A stretch of 64,000 nucleotides of DNA, taken from Desulforegulaceae bacterium. Lineage in GTDB: Bacteria > Desulfobacterota > Desulfobacteria > Desulfobacterales > JACKCP01. The position numbers and the translations under genes were made by a program. Below, in pieces: positions 23,422-32,707 of this stretch. Position 1 is the stretch's first letter. Every line of letters starts with the position of its first letter. Location: the NCBI GenBank assembly GCA_034007295.1, contig JAVERC010000014.1:2732-66731 (forward strand), given 5' to 3'. The notes beneath the pieces were generated by a model. The model was not told where the DNA came from. It ran no database searches and saw nothing but the letters and a program-made list of their open reading frames with translations.

Positions 23422-24387
23422 ATGTTTACTGCAATATCTTGTCTTGTTTCAGGTCTTGTTCTGCTTTTGTGGAGTGCTGATAAATTTGTTGAAGGTGCTT
23501 CTGGTGTTGCAGAATACGCAGGTTTAAGTCCTCTTCTTATTGGAATATTGATTGTAGGTTTCGGGACTTCGGCTCCGGAACTTATAGTTTCAGTCACAGC
23601 AGCCTTGAATAAAAGTACTTCCATAGCAATAGGCAATGCCTATGGTTCAAATATTGCCAATATTGGTCTTATTCTTGGAATTACAGCACTTATAAAACCT
23701 GTAAGGGTAGGTTCTCAAGTTTTGAAAAAAGAACTTCCCATACTTTTTTCAATAACACTTTTTTCATTTTTGCTTATTTTTGACTTTAAAATTTCAAGGG
23801 TTGAAGCACTTTTCCTTTTAATCCTTTTTTCAATCCTTATGTGGTGGAGTTTTTTTCAGGATAAAAAAAAAGGTCTTGATAATTTTGATACTGAAGTAAA
23901 AGACAGCTTGAGTTTAAAAACGCTCAGTCTTAAAAAATCTGTTTTTTTTACTATTACAGGTCTTTTGCTTTTAATTGTTTCTTCAAGGCTTCTTGTTTTT
24001 GGTGCAGTATTTTTAGCAAAAAAAGCAGGAATAAGTGATCTTTTAATTGGACTCACCATAATAGCACTTGGAACTTCACTTCCAGAACTTGCATCTTCTG
24101 TTGCAGCAGCATTTAAGGGAAAACATGACATAGCACTTGGAAATATAATAGGATCAAACCTTTTTAACACACTTGCTGTAACAGGCCTTGCTTTTTTTGT
24201 TTATCCGTCTGATTTTCCAGGGGAAGTTCTTAGCCGTGATTTTGTATTTATGCTTTTTCTTACTGCAATGATTTTTATTACAGGATTTGGATTTAAAAGG
24301 CAGGGAAGAATAAACCGGTTTGAAGGTTTTTTGCTTTTATGTATTTATTTTATTTATATCGGGTATCTTATTTTTTCCCAGGTTTAA
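23422..24387 (+). CDS. CaCA-family sodium/calcium antiporter (YrbG-like)
   Basis: Two alpha-repeats (GFGTSAPEL and ALGTSLPEL), ~10 TMs, 321 aa. Confidence 0.85.
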   Translation: MFTAISCLVSGLVLLLWSADKFVEGASGVAEYAGLSPLLIGILIVGFGTSAPELIVSVTAALNKSTSIAIGNAYGSNIANIGLILGITALIKPVRVGSQVLKKELPILFSITLFSFLLIFDFKISRVEALFLLILFSILMWWSFFQDKKKGLDNFDTEVKDSLSLKTLSLKKSVFFTITGLLLLIVSSRLLVFGAVFLAKKAGISDLLIGLTIIALGTSLPELASSVAAAFKGKHDIALGNIIGSNLFNTLAVTGLAFFVYPSDFPGEVLSRDFVFMLFLTAMIFITGFGFKRQGRINRFEGFLLLCIYFIYIGYLIFSQV

Positions 24388-24404
24388 ATTTAAAAGGATT
24401 TTAT

Positions 24405-26885
24405 ATGAAAAGATTTTTTTTTCTAGTTGTTTTTGTTCTTTTTGCCGTGCAAGGTTTTTCAGAAAATTCTGAAATTTCAAATGATGAAGATTATATGATA
24501 AACCATTTTGAGCAGGCTCTTGAAAGTTCAGAAAAGACAAAATCACTTTATTTAAATGACTTTGAAATAGAAAAAAAAGCATATGAGGAATTAAAGGCAC
24601 AAATAGATGACCAGCTTCAAAGAATAAATATTTATAAAAATCTTTTAATTGTCCCTGATGTAAGCATTGAAGCTTTAGAAAAAAGTCTTGATGAGATAAA
24701 TGTTGGACTTTCAACCATAAACTCAAGAATTTCTGCCTTAAGGGAAAAACTTTTAAAAACTGACGAAAAACTTGCCTCATTAGAAGACAAAATTAATTTC
24801 AGTTCTAAAATTTTAAAAAAAAATTCTGATGAAACAGGTTATACAGCTGAAATAAAAAAATATAATTCAGTTCTTCAAGACAAGAAAAAGCTTCTTATTT
24901 CAATAAAAGGCTATGCTAATTCAAGAATAACTCTTCTTGAGTCACTCAAATCTTCTCTTGATGATTTAAAACAGATTTTTGAAAAAGACATAAAAGAGAA
25001 AAAAGATGTAATCTTATTTAAAAATGAAGAAATTTCATTCAAAATTTTTTCATTTCAGGTCATTTACCAGGATTTTAGAAAAATCAGCACAATAATTTCA
25101 CAATATTTTTCACATGAAACTGTTTTAAAGAAAAAAGAGCTTTTAAAAGAACACCTTAATACAGGTCATTTTGTAGCTCTTTTTGTATTTTTAACTGCTG
25201 TTGTGTTTTTATTAAGCAGTAAAAAATATCTTTTAAGAAATGAAAAATATGAAAATTTAAAAAAACAGCAATGGGGTTATCCTTTTGTTCTTGCAGAAAA
25301 AACAATTTTATTGATTATGCTTTTTTTTCTTGTTGAGGTTTTTGCAAAATCAAAACTTTATATAGTTTTTCCAGATATTTTAAAATTTTTAAGGGATTTT
25401 ATTCTTGTTTTACTTTTTACAAAAATCGGGTCTGAATCTTTAAGGCTTATATCACTTGAGGTAAATGCTTTTTATATTCAATCTGTTTCCAAATGGAGAA
25501 ACAGGCTTTTTTTGGGAATAAGAATTTATGCATTAATTTATCTTGCTCTTGGAAGTTTTACTTCATTTGAAAATACCATTCTTCTTGGATTAAGGGTTGT
25601 ATCCGAGTTTTTATTGTGTACAGCTGTTTTTGTTTTCTGGTCTTTATGTAAAAAATCAGGCGAATATGCTGAAAACAAGGCTTCCAAACTAATGGAATGG
25701 TGGACAAAATGTATTTTTGTTTCAGGTCTTTTATTTGAAATTGCAGGGTTTAGATATTTGACTTCATGGTGGTTCATTTCTTGGGGAAGAACAATAGTTT
25801 TAATTTTTGTTGTTTTTATTCTTTACAACGGCCTTGAAAAGTTAAAACAAAGTATTTATGAAAAAAAATCCACTGAAAATGAAGCAGAAGAAGACAAAAA
25901 ATCCTATTACTGGTTTTTTTCCAATGGAGCATATATCTTTATAGTGTTTTTGTTTATAACAGGGTTTGCTTTTTCATGGGGCAGGGGAGAAGATTTTCTT
26001 GTATTGTTTTTTGATATTTTCAGCCAAAAATATACATTGGGAAAAATTGAACTAAGTATAGCAGGATTTTTTTATGCAGGTCTTGTTATTCTGGCAACTT
26101 ATGTTTTAACCTCTTTCTGGAAAAAAATGATGCTTGAGCATTTTTTAAGGGAAAGCGGATTATCAGAAGGGGTAAAGGATTCAATAACTACAATTTCTGT
26201 TTATCTTGTATGGGCTGCCGGAATTTTAATAAGTTTCAGTGTTCTTGGGCTTAATTCTGCTTCAATGGCATTTGGATTTGGTGCTTTAGGTATAGGTCTT
26301 GGTTTTGGTCTTCAAAATATTTTTAGTAATTTTATCAGCGGACTTATTCTTTTGTTTGAAAGACCTATTCAGGTTGGAGATGTTGTTGAGGTTGGAGGTG
26401 TATGGGGAGAAGTTATTAAAATCAATGTAAGAGCAACAATTGTTCAAACATATACACATTCTTCACTCATTATTCCAAACTCTGAATTTATAAGTTCCCA
26501 GGTTATAAACTGGAGCCACAGGGATCCTTTTATAAGAAGGGATTTGAATATTGGTGTTGCTTATTCATCTGATACATCTCTTGTGGAAAAACTTCTGCTT
26601 CAGGCTGCTGATAAAGTTCCTGAAATAAGGCTTTATCCAAAAAAACCAATTGTCCAGTTTATAAATTTTGGAGACAGTTCCCTTGATTTCAGGGTTAGAT
26701 TCTGGTCAACCATAGATGATTTTGTGGCTGCTGAAAGTAAGCTTAGATTTGCAATTACAAATATTTTCAGGGAAAATAACATTGAAATTCCTTTTCCTCA
26801 AAGGGATATTTACATAAGATCTGCTCAACCTTCTAATGAAGGTTTAATTGCCACTGATAAAAAACCGGCTGAAAATCCAGGTTAA
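24405..26885 (+). CDS. Large mechanosensitive channel of the MscK/MscS family
   Basis: Signal peptide MKRFFFLVVFVLFAVQG, periplasmic coiled coil, multiple TMs, and MscS core GFGLQNIFSNFISGLILLFERPIQVGDVVEV. ATG 24405 preferred over the overlapping track start 24339. Confidence 0.85.
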   Translation: MKRFFFLVVFVLFAVQGFSENSEISNDEDYMINHFEQALESSEKTKSLYLNDFEIEKKAYEELKAQIDDQLQRINIYKNLLIVPDVSIEALEKSLDEINVGLSTINSRISALREKLLKTDEKLASLEDKINFSSKILKKNSDETGYTAEIKKYNSVLQDKKKLLISIKGYANSRITLLESLKSSLDDLKQIFEKDIKEKKDVILFKNEEISFKIFSFQVIYQDFRKISTIISQYFSHETVLKKKELLKEHLNTGHFVALFVFLTAVVFLLSSKKYLLRNEKYENLKKQQWGYPFVLAEKTILLIMLFFLVEVFAKSKLYIVFPDILKFLRDFILVLLFTKIGSESLRLISLEVNAFYIQSVSKWRNRLFLGIRIYALIYLALGSFTSFENTILLGLRVVSEFLLCTAVFVFWSLCKKSGEYAENKASKLMEWWTKCIFVSGLLFEIAGFRYLTSWWFISWGRTIVLIFVVFILYNGLEKLKQSIYEKKSTENEAEEDKKSYYWFFSNGAYIFIVFLFITGFAFSWGRGEDFLVLFFDIFSQKYTLGKIELSIAGFFYAGLVILATYVLTSFWKKMMLEHFLRESGLSEGVKDSITTISVYLVWAAGILISFSVLGLNSASMAFGFGALGIGLGFGLQNIFSNFISGLILLFERPIQVGDVVEVGGVWGEVIKINVRATIVQTYTHSSLIIPNSEFISSQVINWSHRDPFIRRDLNIGVAYSSDTSLVEKLLLQAADKVPEIRLYPKKPIVQFINFGDSSLDFRVRFWSTIDDFVAAESKLRFAITNIFRENNIEIPFPQRDIYIRSAQPSNEGLIATDKKPAENPG

Positions 26886-26934
26886 CTCATAAAACAAGAA
26901 TTTTTTTCAGTGCAAGAGAAAAATTATCTGATTT

Positions 26935-26969
26935 AAAATGCAAAGACATAAAATCTGCCTTTGCATTTT
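26935..26969. terminator. Bidirectional terminator between the MscK-like gene and SulP
   Basis: AAAATGCAAAG-n13-CTTTGCATTTT followed by a T run. Confidence 0.65.
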
Positions 26970-26977
26970 TTGTTTTA

Positions 26978-28672
26978 TCAGTTGAGAAGAGGAATAGTTG
27001 ATATTTTAGTTGACTTAGATGTGTTTAATGTTCTGGTGTCTGCTTCTGCCAGAGCCTGAATAATTGATTCAAATACGTTATTTTTGCCTATCATGTCTAT
27101 AATTTTGCAGGCTTTTAAAGTTTTTTCAACCTGAGGCTGCATTCCTGTAATAAAAATTTGTGTGCCGTCTTCCCTGGTTTTTTCAATCATTTCTTCAAAG
27201 GCTCTTATTCCTGTTGCATCAATTGCTGGAACATGTCCCATTCTTATTATTAATATTTTGGGAGCTTTTCTTACAATTTTCAAAGTGTCCTTGAATTTAT
27301 TGGCAGCACCAAAGAAAAAAGGACCATGTATTTCAAAAACAAAAACACCCTCTGGAATACTCTCTTTGTCAACTGGAAGAAAATCTGAATTATGTTTTGT
27401 ATTTATTTTATTTTCAGATGAAATTGGATCAAAATGAGTAACATCAGCCATTCTTTTCATGAAAAGAAATGCGGAAAGGACAATCCCTGCTTCTATTGCT
27501 ATTGTAAGATCGAAAAATATTGTTATTAAAAATGTTGAAACAAGAACAGTAATATCTGATTTTGGGGAACGGAAAAGCCTTATAAAATAAGAAAAATTGC
27601 TCATGTGCCAGGCTACAATCAAAAGAACTGCCGAAAGTGTTGAAAGGGGAATAAAGGAAACAAGTCTGCCAAAAAAAAGAAGAATGCATAAAAGTGTAAA
27701 TGCATGGAAAATTCCTGAAAGAGGAGTCCTTCCACCGTTTTTTATATTTGTTGCTGTTCTTGCAATTGCACCTGTTGCTGGAATACCGCCAAAAATCGGG
27801 GATAAAATATTGGCAATTCCCTGTGCAATAAGTTCTTTATTTGAATTGTGCCGTTGTCCTGTCATTCCGTCTGCTACTACTGCAGATAAAAGTGATTCTA
27901 TTGCTCCAAGCATTGCAATGGTAAAAGCAGGCATAATCAGTTCTGTTATTTTGGATAAGTCAAAATCTGGAATTGCAGGCATGGGAAGACTTGAGGAAAT
28001 TTGTCCGAATTTAGTGCCTATGGTTGGTGTATCAATGTTAAAAAAAAGTACAAGCAGGGAACTTGTAATTATTGCAATTACAGAACCTGGTATGGTTTTG
28101 TTATAATTTTGCCATAATAGAATAAGTGCAAGGGAAAATATTCCAATAAAAGCAGTTGAAAGATTTATATTTTTAAAAAAATTAAGAATTTGATAAATAC
28201 TGTCTGGTTCTATTAAGCCTATTCCAAGAAAATCTTTAAGCTGTGTAAATCCTATTATAACTGCAATTCCTGATGTAAAGCCTATGGTCATTGGATAGGG
28301 TATATATTTTATTACAGATCCAAGCCTGAAAATTCCAAAAAAAATAAGAATAATACCAGCCATAATTGTAGATAGAGCAAGACCCTGGTATCCGTATTTT
28401 TGGACAATTCCCAAAATAATGATGATAAAAGCACCGGTAGGTCCTCCGATCTGGACTTTTGAACCTCCGAAAGCAGAAATTATAAAACCTGCAATAACAG
28501 CAGTATAAATTCCCTGCTCAGGACTTACTCCGGATGCTATTGCAAAGGCAATTGCTAAGGGAAGAGCCACAATTCCAACAATAAGCCCGGATGTTAATTC
28601 ATTGTAAACTACTTTAAAACTGAAATTTTCTTTAAGTTTTAAAACTTTAGAAAAAAAGGGAACAGCAAGCAT
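26978..28672 (-). CDS. SulP-family anion permease with C-terminal STAS domain
   Basis: Polytopic N-terminal domain with SulP-like GGSKVQIGGPTGA. C-terminal STAS-like region (VFVFEIHGPFFFGAA ... IDATGIRAFEE), 564 aa. Confidence 0.9.
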   Translation of the reverse strand: MLAVPFFSKVLKLKENFSFKVVYNELTSGLIVGIVALPLAIAFAIASGVSPEQGIYTAVIAGFIISAFGGSKVQIGGPTGAFIIIILGIVQKYGYQGLALSTIMAGIILIFFGIFRLGSVIKYIPYPMTIGFTSGIAVIIGFTQLKDFLGIGLIEPDSIYQILNFFKNINLSTAFIGIFSLALILLWQNYNKTIPGSVIAIITSSLLVLFFNIDTPTIGTKFGQISSSLPMPAIPDFDLSKITELIMPAFTIAMLGAIESLLSAVVADGMTGQRHNSNKELIAQGIANILSPIFGGIPATGAIARTATNIKNGGRTPLSGIFHAFTLLCILLFFGRLVSFIPLSTLSAVLLIVAWHMSNFSYFIRLFRSPKSDITVLVSTFLITIFFDLTIAIEAGIVLSAFLFMKRMADVTHFDPISSENKINTKHNSDFLPVDKESIPEGVFVFEIHGPFFFGAANKFKDTLKIVRKAPKILIIRMGHVPAIDATGIRAFEEMIEKTREDGTQIFITGMQPQVEKTLKACKIIDMIGKNNVFESIIQALAEADTRTLNTSKSTKISTIPLLN

Positions 28673-28923
28673 GTAATATCCTCCGCCATTAAATTTAGCT
28701 GTTAATGGAAGTAGATATCAGGTGGTCGTGCGTCTTTCTTTTGGGGGTATAAGGCGTAGGCCAGATGATAGGTACTAAAACAGAGCATAATTAGACCTGA
28801 ATTATCATATTGTCAAGTTAAAAAATATAAGCACCAGCTGAAAAAACTGTTTTTTTGTTCATTAAAAAATTTACAAATATAAAACGATCAATTGGTGCTT
28901 AAATAGACAGGTATAATCACTAT

Positions 28924-30261
28924 TTATAAAATTATTTTTCTGCACTCCAGGTAAAATCTTTTATCATCTGCCTCACCCATGGAAAAAGTTTTTCTTGGGA
29001 ATGCTCCGTCCATTATTATTGTTTTGAAAAAGCTGTTTTTGGGAATGCAGGGAAGAAGAAAACCAAGGCTTTCATTTTTTTGGGATAATTCTTCAAGATG
29101 CTTTCTGCCATGAATATAATCTATTTTTAGGGATTTATTTTTTTGGGAAATGTACTTGAGTCCGTCCTCAAGATCTCCGGCTGCAAGATTTTTAAGGGGG
29201 TTAATGATTTTTAAAATCCCTTTTGAATTGCTGTGGCAAAAAGGGATTTCATGGATATTTTTTTCCAGGCTTTTTTGATTTTCAAAAAGGTCAGTTTTAT
29301 TTATTGAAACAACAGATCCTCTTTGTTCAAAAAAAGTTTTGAGCTGGTTTAGGATTTCTTCAGGGTCAATATTAAATAATACCCTGTGTATTGGTTCAAA
29401 CTGAATACTTTCATCATGAATATTTACTATTTCAACTAGAGCCCACCTTGCAGGATGATTCATGATGTTTTTATCATTTGAGCTGTTTTTTATCTCTTCC
29501 CAAAAGGCTCTTGCAGTTGCAAATGAATGGTTTCCGTCACCCATTGCATATAGAAGAGGATTTTTTGCAGAAGAAAGATCATATTTTGAGCAATATGATT
29601 TTTCTTCTATAAGAGACAAAAGTCCTGATGCCATTTTTTCAATTGCATCTTTTTGGTCAGTCATAAATCCTGTAATTTTACCTGAATTATTCATCAGCTG
29701 AAAATCATAAAGCTTTTTTTTGTCTTTAAGTTCAAATAAGGGCTCAATTACTTTTTTTTCAGGATCATCAATTAAGACCATAATATGGGGTGATTCAAGT
29801 GAAGCTTTTTGCCTGACTTTTATTCTTGGCGGTATTCTTTCAATTATGGTTCCTTCAGTAGGTCTTATTAAAGATTTAGAATTTTTAGAATAATCATAGT
29901 TTTCAAGATCAAGGCAGCAGATCAGACCTTTTCTTTTCTGGCCTGTGGAAATGATCCTTTCGCACATGAAAATTCCAGGTCCGTGTTTTTCAAGTATTTG
30001 ATCTTCCAGATAAATATCCATGGATGAGTGAATGTTTTCAATAATAATATCTTCTCTTTCTGAACCAAGAAAAACCTCTGGAAGAATTATGTTTAGGGCT
30101 GAGGGAGATTCTTCTATAAAATCTGCTGTTTTTTCCCAGTATTCTGGTTGAGATGTATATTGATCGCATGCAATTACAGACCATTTTTCAAAATCTGCAT
30201 TTTTTGAGGGAAGATAAACCTCAGGCAATTTAAGAGCTATTTTATTGAAAACTGTATTCAT
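28924..30261 (-). CDS. Conserved hypothetical protein, DUF1015-like
   Basis: 445-aa ORF co-oriented 77 nt downstream of the DapA-like gene. DUF1015 resemblance is from memory only. Confidence 0.6.
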   Translation of the reverse strand: MNTVFNKIALKLPEVYLPSKNADFEKWSVIACDQYTSQPEYWEKTADFIEESPSALNIILPEVFLGSEREDIIIENIHSSMDIYLEDQILEKHGPGIFMCERIISTGQKRKGLICCLDLENYDYSKNSKSLIRPTEGTIIERIPPRIKVRQKASLESPHIMVLIDDPEKKVIEPLFELKDKKKLYDFQLMNNSGKITGFMTDQKDAIEKMASGLLSLIEEKSYCSKYDLSSAKNPLLYAMGDGNHSFATARAFWEEIKNSSNDKNIMNHPARWALVEIVNIHDESIQFEPIHRVLFNIDPEEILNQLKTFFEQRGSVVSINKTDLFENQKSLEKNIHEIPFCHSNSKGILKIINPLKNLAAGDLEDGLKYISQKNKSLKIDYIHGRKHLEELSQKNESLGFLLPCIPKNSFFKTIIMDGAFPRKTFSMGEADDKRFYLECRKIIL

Positions 30262-30338
30262 TTATCCGCCAAGTTAGATTTAATTTAGAAAAAAGAATTA
30301 AAGGTTTAAGGCCGGATTTAATGCTCCGGCCTGAATTT

Positions 30339-31376
30339 TTACATATCCTGATAAATAAGATGTTTGAAAAGTTCTGGAGAGTTAAATCTCTTTTCAATAT
30401 CAACATCAAAAAAGTCTGATATTGGTTTGAATACATGGGGTGCTTTTTTAAATGCATGTTTAGCTATTTCAAGAACTTTGTCAGCTCCCTTAGGGGACAT
30501 TTTGCCAAGAGGCCTTCTGCATTGTCCGCCTGGCATGCCAAGAACGCCCATAAGGGTTTTTATTGGCATGGGATTTTTTTGCTTGAATTCAATTTCTCCA
30601 AAAGGAGTGTTCTCTTTTGTAATTATGGCAACAAGGTGAAACAGAGGTTCTATGTCATTTAAGATTTTTGAAGCACTGTTTGTATTTCCCTTTGAAAGTT
30701 CAATGGCCATTTCAGTTATAAAAGATGGAATTATGTTTGAAGCAACTGAAATTATGCCTGAACCCTTGATTTCAGGGTTTGACATAAGTTCAAAAGTAAG
30801 TGAATCATCTCCTGAAAAGATCTTGAAATCATCTCCGCACACTTTTCTTGTTCTTTTCATATTTTCAAGATCTCCTGTTGCTTCCTTTACACAGGAAATA
30901 TTAGGGCAGTTTTTATTTGCAATTGCAATATCTTCAGGAAGGAGTTTGCTTCCTGTTCTTCCTGGAATAACATATGGGATTATTGTTGCATCAGGGCATT
31001 TTTTTGCAACAGGCTCAAGATATTCCCTTCTGATGCTGATAGACCCTGGATTGTTGTAGTATGGATCAACTAGTAAAAGTGCCTCTGCACCGGCTTTTAC
31101 TGCATGTTCAGAAGCAATAAGTGCTTCTTGTGTATTGTTGCTTCCTGTACCTGCTATGCAGATGCATTTGCCTTTTGTTTTTTTTGCTGTTACTTCAATA
31201 ACTTTATTATGCTCTTCCCATTTTAAAGTGGGGCTCTCTCCGGTAGTCCCAACAGCAAGGATACCTGTTATGTTATTTTTGATTTGAAAATCGATTAATT
31301 TGTCAAGCCCTTCTAAATCAAGGGAACCGTCTTTTGTAAAAGGAGTGGCTAATGCCGTATAGCAGCCTGGTATCAT
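30339..31376 (-). CDS. Dihydrodipicolinate synthase/N-acetylneuraminate lyase family protein
   Basis: AVGTTGESPTL motif and overall DapA-like layout. ATG at 31376 (GGAGA 6 nt upstream) preferred over the track GTG at 31427. Longer than classical DapA. Confidence 0.75.
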   Translation of the reverse strand: MIPGCYTALATPFTKDGSLDLEGLDKLIDFQIKNNITGILAVGTTGESPTLKWEEHNKVIEVTAKKTKGKCICIAGTGSNNTQEALIASEHAVKAGAEALLLVDPYYNNPGSISIRREYLEPVAKKCPDATIIPYVIPGRTGSKLLPEDIAIANKNCPNISCVKEATGDLENMKRTRKVCGDDFKIFSGDDSLTFELMSNPEIKGSGIISVASNIIPSFITEMAIELSKGNTNSASKILNDIEPLFHLVAIITKENTPFGEIEFKQKNPMPIKTLMGVLGMPGGQCRRPLGKMSPKGADKVLEIAKHAFKKAPHVFKPISDFFDVDIEKRFNSPELFKHLIYQDM

Positions 31377-31569
31377 GATTTCTCCATTAATATTTGATAT
31401 AGTTACAATTTTAAATGGCTTTAACACAAGTTTTTTTCAATGACAACTTTAACCAAACAAAATATATAAACTCAAGCAAAAAAATATAAAGAAAGAATTA
31501 TACTTGAAATTATCCAAACAATTGCAATATTAACAATTTGTATTTTGCAGGTTTGGCTAAAATTAAAAA

Positions 31570-31665
31570 TAGTGATTGGCTGAAAACTAAATTTTTTTGT
31601 TCAGTACAGGTGAAAAATTTAAATCTGACTTTACGATTTGCAAAAAAGACTGTTTTCGCTGTAAT
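31570..31665 (+). repeat. Internally deleted copy of the MITE-like element
   Basis: TAGTGATTGGCTGAAAACTAAATTTTTTTGTTCAG...TGAAAAATTTAAATCTGA...CAAAAAAGACTGTTTTCGCTG. Lacks the ~45-nt core between the AAATTT sub-repeats. Confidence 0.6.
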
Positions 31666-31701
31666 ATCAGGGCTTATGTCCAAATTTAATTAGGAGGAAA
31701 A

Positions 31702-32328
31702 ATGGCACCATTAGCAAAGGATGTTGATGAATATATAGCAATTCAAAGAGCAGCTATCGCTCAAAATCCTGAATGCGGAAATTCCCATTACAATCTTGCA
31801 GTAGCTCTTATGGGACTTAAAAAATATGATGAGGCAGAGGGTGAACTTCATACAGCAGTAGACTGCTCGCCTACTTTAGCAGAAGCCTATGTTCAGCTTG
31901 GGGCTATATGCATGCAAAGAGGAGACATTGAAGGGGCAATGTACTACAACCAGATGTCTGTAAAGGCAAGGGCAGGATTTTCTCCTGGATATGCAAATAT
32001 TGGTTTTCTTCTTCTTCAGAAGGGAGAAGTTGATGAAGCAATAAAAAATCTTCAGAAGGCAGTTGTTTACAATTCTAAATTTGTTCAGGCTTTTACAACC
32101 CTTGGAAATGCATACCTCATGAAAGGACTTGTTGATGAAAGCATAGAGGCAAATAAAAAGGCTATTGAAATTCAGCCGGAATTCCCTGTGCCATACTACA
32201 ATATTGGTCTTGGATATCTGGAAAAAGGAGAAATTGAGCTTGCGACTCAAAACATTGAAAAAGCAGCTTCATTAGGGTATGAAGTCCCTGAAAAAATTTT
32301 AGAGGAAATAAATGCGAAAAAAGCCTGA
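31702..32328 (+). CDS. TPR-repeat protein
   Basis: Five or six 34-aa TPR-like units (AxxxLGxxYxxxGxxxEA pattern), 208 aa. Confidence 0.8.
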   Translation: MAPLAKDVDEYIAIQRAAIAQNPECGNSHYNLAVALMGLKKYDEAEGELHTAVDCSPTLAEAYVQLGAICMQRGDIEGAMYYNQMSVKARAGFSPGYANIGFLLLQKGEVDEAIKNLQKAVVYNSKFVQAFTTLGNAYLMKGLVDESIEANKKAIEIQPEFPVPYYNIGLGYLEKGEIELATQNIEKAASLGYEVPEKILEEINAKKA

Positions 32329-32490
32329 TTTTACGTGTCAGGCAGTATTTTAATAACTGGCTGGGATACATGATGCTGATTTTTAAGCCCGGACATTCTG
32401 GTTTGTATAAAAAGTTTAATAATCAGGTATTTCAGCCCTCTTCCTTTCAAACTGATGTTTCATTAACATAATTTCAAATTTGCTTTTGTA

Positions 32491-32519
32491 TTGACAACAA
32501 AACTCATCCGTCCTATACC
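32491..32519 (+). promoter_or_regulatory. Candidate sigma-70 promoter for dsrAB
   Basis: TTGACA-17 nt-TATACC, ~190 nt upstream of the dsrA ATG. Confidence 0.35.
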
Positions 32520-32707
32520 TTCAAACTGATAGCATGTAATTAATGTTGTTTAACACTGATTCCAGATAGTTTTTAAGAATTGCTGGGCATTAGAAATCTC
32601 TGAAATTATTGATTTTTTTGTCTGTTTTTTGGAAGCATGTACTTTTTAAGGTACTTGAAGCGAATAGGTATATAATTAATCAATCTTTATCTTTATGGAG
32701 GTAAGGC

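Noticed and set aside
24339-24404. Track start of the MscK-like ORF overlapping the antiporter gene by 49 nt, and similar upstream starts at 8480, 31427 and 40157
   Set aside because: Downstream ATGs give proper signal peptides or canonical N-termini with better SD spacing. The upstream codons are probably untranslated.
28716-28770. GC-rich patch considered as a tRNA, an SRP/4.5S RNA or a ZTP riboswitch (GGTCGTG-like string)
   Set aside because: It has no T-loop or anticodon architecture and no SRP helix-8 GNAR/AGCA motifs. The ZTP-like string is on the strand that leads into no gene. It is kept only as an unclassified leader structure.
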